NCBI GenBank assembly: GCA_013286575.1
Contig: JABDFL010000005.1
Location: 1-50,253 of the forward strand
Length of the DNA stretch: 50,253 nt
DNA from: Candidatus Omnitrophota bacterium
GTDB lineage: Bacteria; Omnitrophota; Gorgyraeia; Zapsychrales; Fredricksoniimonadaceae
Direction: 5' to 3'
Each line of letters begins with the position of its first letter. Positions within the stretch are counted from its first letter, which is position 1. Of the stretch, positions 47,088 to 50,253 are shown piece by piece. The notes under the pieces were generated by a model. That model searched no databases. It was not told the origin of the DNA and saw nothing but the letters and a program-made list of their open reading frames with translations. The position numbers and the translations under genes were made by a program.

Positions 47088-47175
47088 ATCATCGGGTGAC
47101 CGAGGGAGGGGCATCCCTAGCGAGCGCAGGCTTTTGCGAGCACGCTGGGGAAACCCGAGGGCAGGACCCGATGAT
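47088..47175. other. Long structured intergenic element between thiolase and FadJ
   Basis: Closing stem ATCATCGGGT/ACCCGATGAT with nested stems CCTAGCG/CGCTGGG and CGCAG/TTGCG. Confidence 0.6.
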
Positions 47176-47192
47176 CAGCATAAGGAGAGAAT

Positions 47193-49307
47193 ATGTCTGT
47201 TTTCTATAAAGAAGAAAATAATGTCGGCACCATCACCTTTGACCAGCCGGATTCCAAAGTCAATGTTTTAAATTCCGCGACCCTGTTGACGCTGGATAAA
47301 ATGCTCGACGGGCTTAAAGCAAAAAACCTCAAAGCCCTGGTCATCCAAAGCGCCAAGAAAGATATTTTTATCGCCGGTGCCGATATCAAGGAAATTGAAA
47401 ATATTGTTGAGCTGCAGGACGGCAAATCCAAGGCCCAGGCCGGCCAGCGGGTCATGGATAAGATCGAAGACCTGCCATTCCCGACCGTGGCTGTGATTGA
47501 TGGGGTGGCTCTCGGCGGCGGGTGTGAATTGGCCCTGGCTTGCCGTTATAGGGTCATGACCTTTAACACCAAGATCCGTATCGGCCTTCCGGAAGTCAAT
47601 CTGGGTTTTGTTCCGGGCTTTGGCGGCACCTATCGCCTGCCGCGCCTGCTTGGCCTTCAGCAGGGATTAAAAATGATCGTTTCGGCCAGTCCCATCAATT
47701 CTTCAGCAGCCTTCAAGTGCGGTTTGGCTGACAGGCTTTATCCGTCGGTGGGTTTGCCTGATCGCGTTAAGGAATTCATCGAGGAGATTGCCGCTGAGCC
47801 CAACAAGCGCATCTTCAAGCCATATACGCCCAAAGGAGTCCAGGCCTTCCTGGAAAAAAATCCTTTAGGCCAGGGGGTTGTATATAAGGAAACGATCAAA
47901 TCTATCCAAAAGGCAACCAAAGGTTTTTATCCGTCTCCCTTAAAAGCAGTGGAAGTGATACGCAAGACCCTGTATTTGCCCCGGGAGCATGCTTTGGACA
48001 TAGAGTCCAGTGCTTTTGCCGAGCTTGCCATTACACCTATATCAAAAAATCTGGTGAAGGTTTTTTACATGTCGGAGAAATATAAGAAATTAACAGTCCC
48101 AGGTGCTGAAAATATCAAACCCATGCCCATTACCAAGGGCGCTGTGATCGGTGCCGGCATCATGGGGGGCGGAATTGCCCAGTTATTCAGCGATCGCGGC
48201 GTTTGGGCGCGGCTTAAAGATATTAATCAGGATGCGATTGCCAAGGGGCTGAAAGCCGCTTATGACGTCTACGCCCAGGCCATGAAAAGAAAGAAGGCAC
48301 GGCCCTATGAGGTGGCAGCGAAAATGGCGATGATCTCAGGGACAGTTGATTACAGCGGTTTTGCTGACGCGGACATTGCCATTGAGGCGGTGGTTGAGAA
48401 TATGGATGTTAAGAAAAAAGTTTTTGCTGAGGTGAGCCAAGCGCTGTCTTCAAAAGCTATTTTAGCCTCGAACACCTCGTCTTTGTCAGTGACGGAAATG
48501 GCCCGCGCTTCCAAGGACCCCTCAAGGGTGATCGGTTTTCATTTTTTTAATCCGGTGCATCGCATGCCCTTGATTGAGATCATCACCACTGAATTTACCT
48601 CTCAGCAGACCTTGGTTACAACGCTGGAATTTGCCAAGAAATTAGGCAAGACACCGGTCATTGTTAAAGATGCCCCAGGCTTTTTAGTCAACCGTATCCT
48701 TTTAGGGTATATCAATGAAGCCGGACGCCTTTTAGGTGAGGGTGGTTCTATCACCGCCATTGACCGCTTTGCCACCAATTTCGGAATGCCTATGGGGCCT
48801 TTTACTTTATCCGACGAGGTTGGCCTGGATGTGGGGGTGAAGGTCTTACATATTTTGGAGGCTGGTTTGGGCCCGCGTTTTAAGCCTTCAAAGATATTCG
48901 ATGACGTTTTGCCTTTAAAGCTCCTGGGTAAAAAATCAGGCAAAGGTTTTTATATTCATGGCAAGGAACGGGTGGTCAATCCCCAGGTGCAGGCCCTGGT
49001 CCAATCCGGCGGCAGCATTAAAGAAGAGGAAGCTGTGCAGCGGATGATGTATATTATGATCAATGAAGCCGCGATGATTTTGCAGGAGAAGGTGGTGGAT
49101 GGCGCGGATGCCGTTGATATCGGCATGATTTTTGGGACAGGCTTTCCGCCTTTTAGGGGCGGCCTTTTACGCTATGCAGATTCACTGGGAATTGATAAAC
49201 TAGTGGACGGCATGGAAAAGCTGGAAGCCCGTTTCAAAGATGGCCGCTTTAAGCCATGCACGTATATTTTGGATTTGAAATCAAATGGCAAAAAATTCTT
49301 CATTTGA
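47193..49307 (+). CDS. fadJ: Fatty-acid oxidation complex alpha subunit (enoyl-CoA hydratase / 3-hydroxyacyl-CoA dehydrogenase)
   Basis: FIAGADI, GGGCELALAC, GLPEV, GAGIMGGGIA, SNTSSL, HFFNPV, GTGFPPFRGG. Confidence 0.9.
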   Translation: MSVFYKEENNVGTITFDQPDSKVNVLNSATLLTLDKMLDGLKAKNLKALVIQSAKKDIFIAGADIKEIENIVELQDGKSKAQAGQRVMDKIEDLPFPTVAVIDGVALGGGCELALACRYRVMTFNTKIRIGLPEVNLGFVPGFGGTYRLPRLLGLQQGLKMIVSASPINSSAAFKCGLADRLYPSVGLPDRVKEFIEEIAAEPNKRIFKPYTPKGVQAFLEKNPLGQGVVYKETIKSIQKATKGFYPSPLKAVEVIRKTLYLPREHALDIESSAFAELAITPISKNLVKVFYMSEKYKKLTVPGAENIKPMPITKGAVIGAGIMGGGIAQLFSDRGVWARLKDINQDAIAKGLKAAYDVYAQAMKRKKARPYEVAAKMAMISGTVDYSGFADADIAIEAVVENMDVKKKVFAEVSQALSSKAILASNTSSLSVTEMARASKDPSRVIGFHFFNPVHRMPLIEIITTEFTSQQTLVTTLEFAKKLGKTPVIVKDAPGFLVNRILLGYINEAGRLLGEGGSITAIDRFATNFGMPMGPFTLSDEVGLDVGVKVLHILEAGLGPRFKPSKIFDDVLPLKLLGKKSGKGFYIHGKERVVNPQVQALVQSGGSIKEEEAVQRMMYIMINEAAMILQEKVVDGADAVDIGMIFGTGFPPFRGGLLRYADSLGIDKLVDGMEKLEARFKDGRFKPCTYILDLKSNGKKFFI

Positions 49308-49902
49308 TCCAGCCGCTATTTTAGGGCTAAAACAAAAACCTGCCAAGAAGCCTTTCCCCAAAAAGGCTGTTCTCATTGTGATAGCCTCACTTGCCGGATC
49401 ACTTTTATTGGCTGCGTCAGTTTGGCTTTTGTATTTTGAAGCGCAGTTTAGCGTATATCAGGACAGCCAATATAAATTTTCCATCAAATATCCTAAGACA
49501 TGGAGGGTGGTCATTCATCCGCAGGTGAATGTGGCAGTGGTGTTCCTGCGCCCCAAAGACACCGCCCTGGATACGCTGCAAGAAAATTTTAACGTTACCA
49601 TCCAAGCCATGCCGGAAGATATTTATACCCTGGAGGCATTCAGCGCCAGGGTCAAAACGCAGATCATGGCGGTGTTGGGAAAGAATACGGGCATCGTCGA
49701 GGATAAATCGATCCACTGGAGTTGGCGTGAGGGCCATGAGATAGTCTTGGCGGCGCCTAAGCCCGACCATTTAAAAATGGTCAATGCATGGGTCCTGGCC
49801 CATGATCAAGCCTACATCCTGACCTTCCTGGGGGACATGCGTAAATACGCGAAGGACAGTCCCGTAGTAGATAGAATGATCCACTCGCTTCAAATTCAAT
49901 AA
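49285..49902 (+). CDS. Membrane-anchored PsbP/DcrB-like protein
   Basis: Single TM, then Y.D..YKFSIKYPKTW, ENFNV, AYILTF and MIHSLQI, a pattern typical of PsbP-fold proteins. Confidence 0.65.
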   Translation: MAKNSSFDPAAILGLKQKPAKKPFPKKAVLIVIASLAGSLLLAASVWLLYFEAQFSVYQDSQYKFSIKYPKTWRVVIHPQVNVAVVFLRPKDTALDTLQENFNVTIQAMPEDIYTLEAFSARVKTQIMAVLGKNTGIVEDKSIHWSWREGHEIVLAAPKPDHLKMVNAWVLAHDQAYILTFLGDMRKYAKDSPVVDRMIHSLQIQ

Positions 49903-50253
49903 ATGATAATAATTTTGATGGCCCTATTATTTTTCAATTTACCTTCCGTTTATGCAGAGGTACAGACGGCAGAGGAATATTTGAGTAACGGGAACGACGC
50001 ATTCAATGGGGGCAATTTGGATCTGGCCATTGTTGATTATACCAAGGCCATCAGCATCAACCCCAATCTTGGCAAGGCCTATAATAACCGGGGAGTTGCT
50101 TATGCCAAGGAAGGCAGTTTGCAGCGGGCCATTGATGATTTTACCCTGGCCATCGCCAATAATCTTAAAGATGCGGATGCTTATAACAACCGTGGCCATG
50201 CTTATGCCGAGCAGGGCAATTTTACGCAGGCGATCTTTGATTATACCAAGGCC
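49903..50253 (+). CDS. Exported TPR-repeat protein (runs off the window end; not in ORF track)
   Basis: Manual translation MIIILMALLFFNLPSVYA|EVQ...AIVDYTKAISINPNLGKAYNNRGVAY...DAYNNRGHAY...AIFDYTKA. Confidence 0.9.
   Translation, partial: MIIILMALLFFNLPSVYAEVQTAEEYLSNGNDAFNGGNLDLAIVDYTKAISINPNLGKAYNNRGVAYAKEGSLQRAIDDFTLAIANNLKDADAYNNRGHAYAEQGNFTQAIFDYTKA

Noticed and set aside
660-50199. Many 60-200 aa ORFs antisense or out of frame to the called genes (e.g. 39121-39726, 35363-35881, 41539-42069, 49939-50199)
   Set aside because: They lie on top of well-supported genes, show no recognisable motifs or RBS, and are expected shadow ORFs.

Overview
Bacterial chromosomal window of mostly housekeeping genes. 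The lineage is inferred (not proven) to be Candidatus Omnitrophota or a relative, from the D-x-A-M spacers and C-terminal GGIDL domain of ORF1. In order: (1) the 3' part of a probable giant modular protein carrying an intact phosphohexomutase module; (2) two tiny convergent membrane-protein genes; (3) groES-groEL under a sigma70 promoter flanked by two CIRCE sites; (4) guaB3 and guaA (with a histone-like N-terminal tail), dnaE, HU/IHF, hisS and a short aspS; (5) LysM lipoprotein, phoH, HD hydrolase, ybeY, mreD and mrdA; (6) envelope and hypothetical genes (964-aa TPR/coiled-coil protein, YyaL, AsmA); (7) ilvBN; (8) a complete glutathione/Fe-S cluster (gshA, gshB, grx, bolA, grxD, a second bolA and a disulfide reductase); (9) dusB, a YbiB/TrpD-like gene, mtaB, GIY-YIG, a CPBP protease and tRNA-Lys(CTT); (10) split transketolase and transaldolase; (11) a 54-aa secreted peptide gene absent from the ORF track; (12) PaaK-like ligase, thiolase and FadJ; (13) a PsbP-like protein and a truncated TPR gene. 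No CRISPR array, rRNA, transposase or prophage was seen. Several families of short palindromes sit between genes, and one appears to be inserted in frame in ybeY. All calls come from reading motifs by eye; no searches were run.
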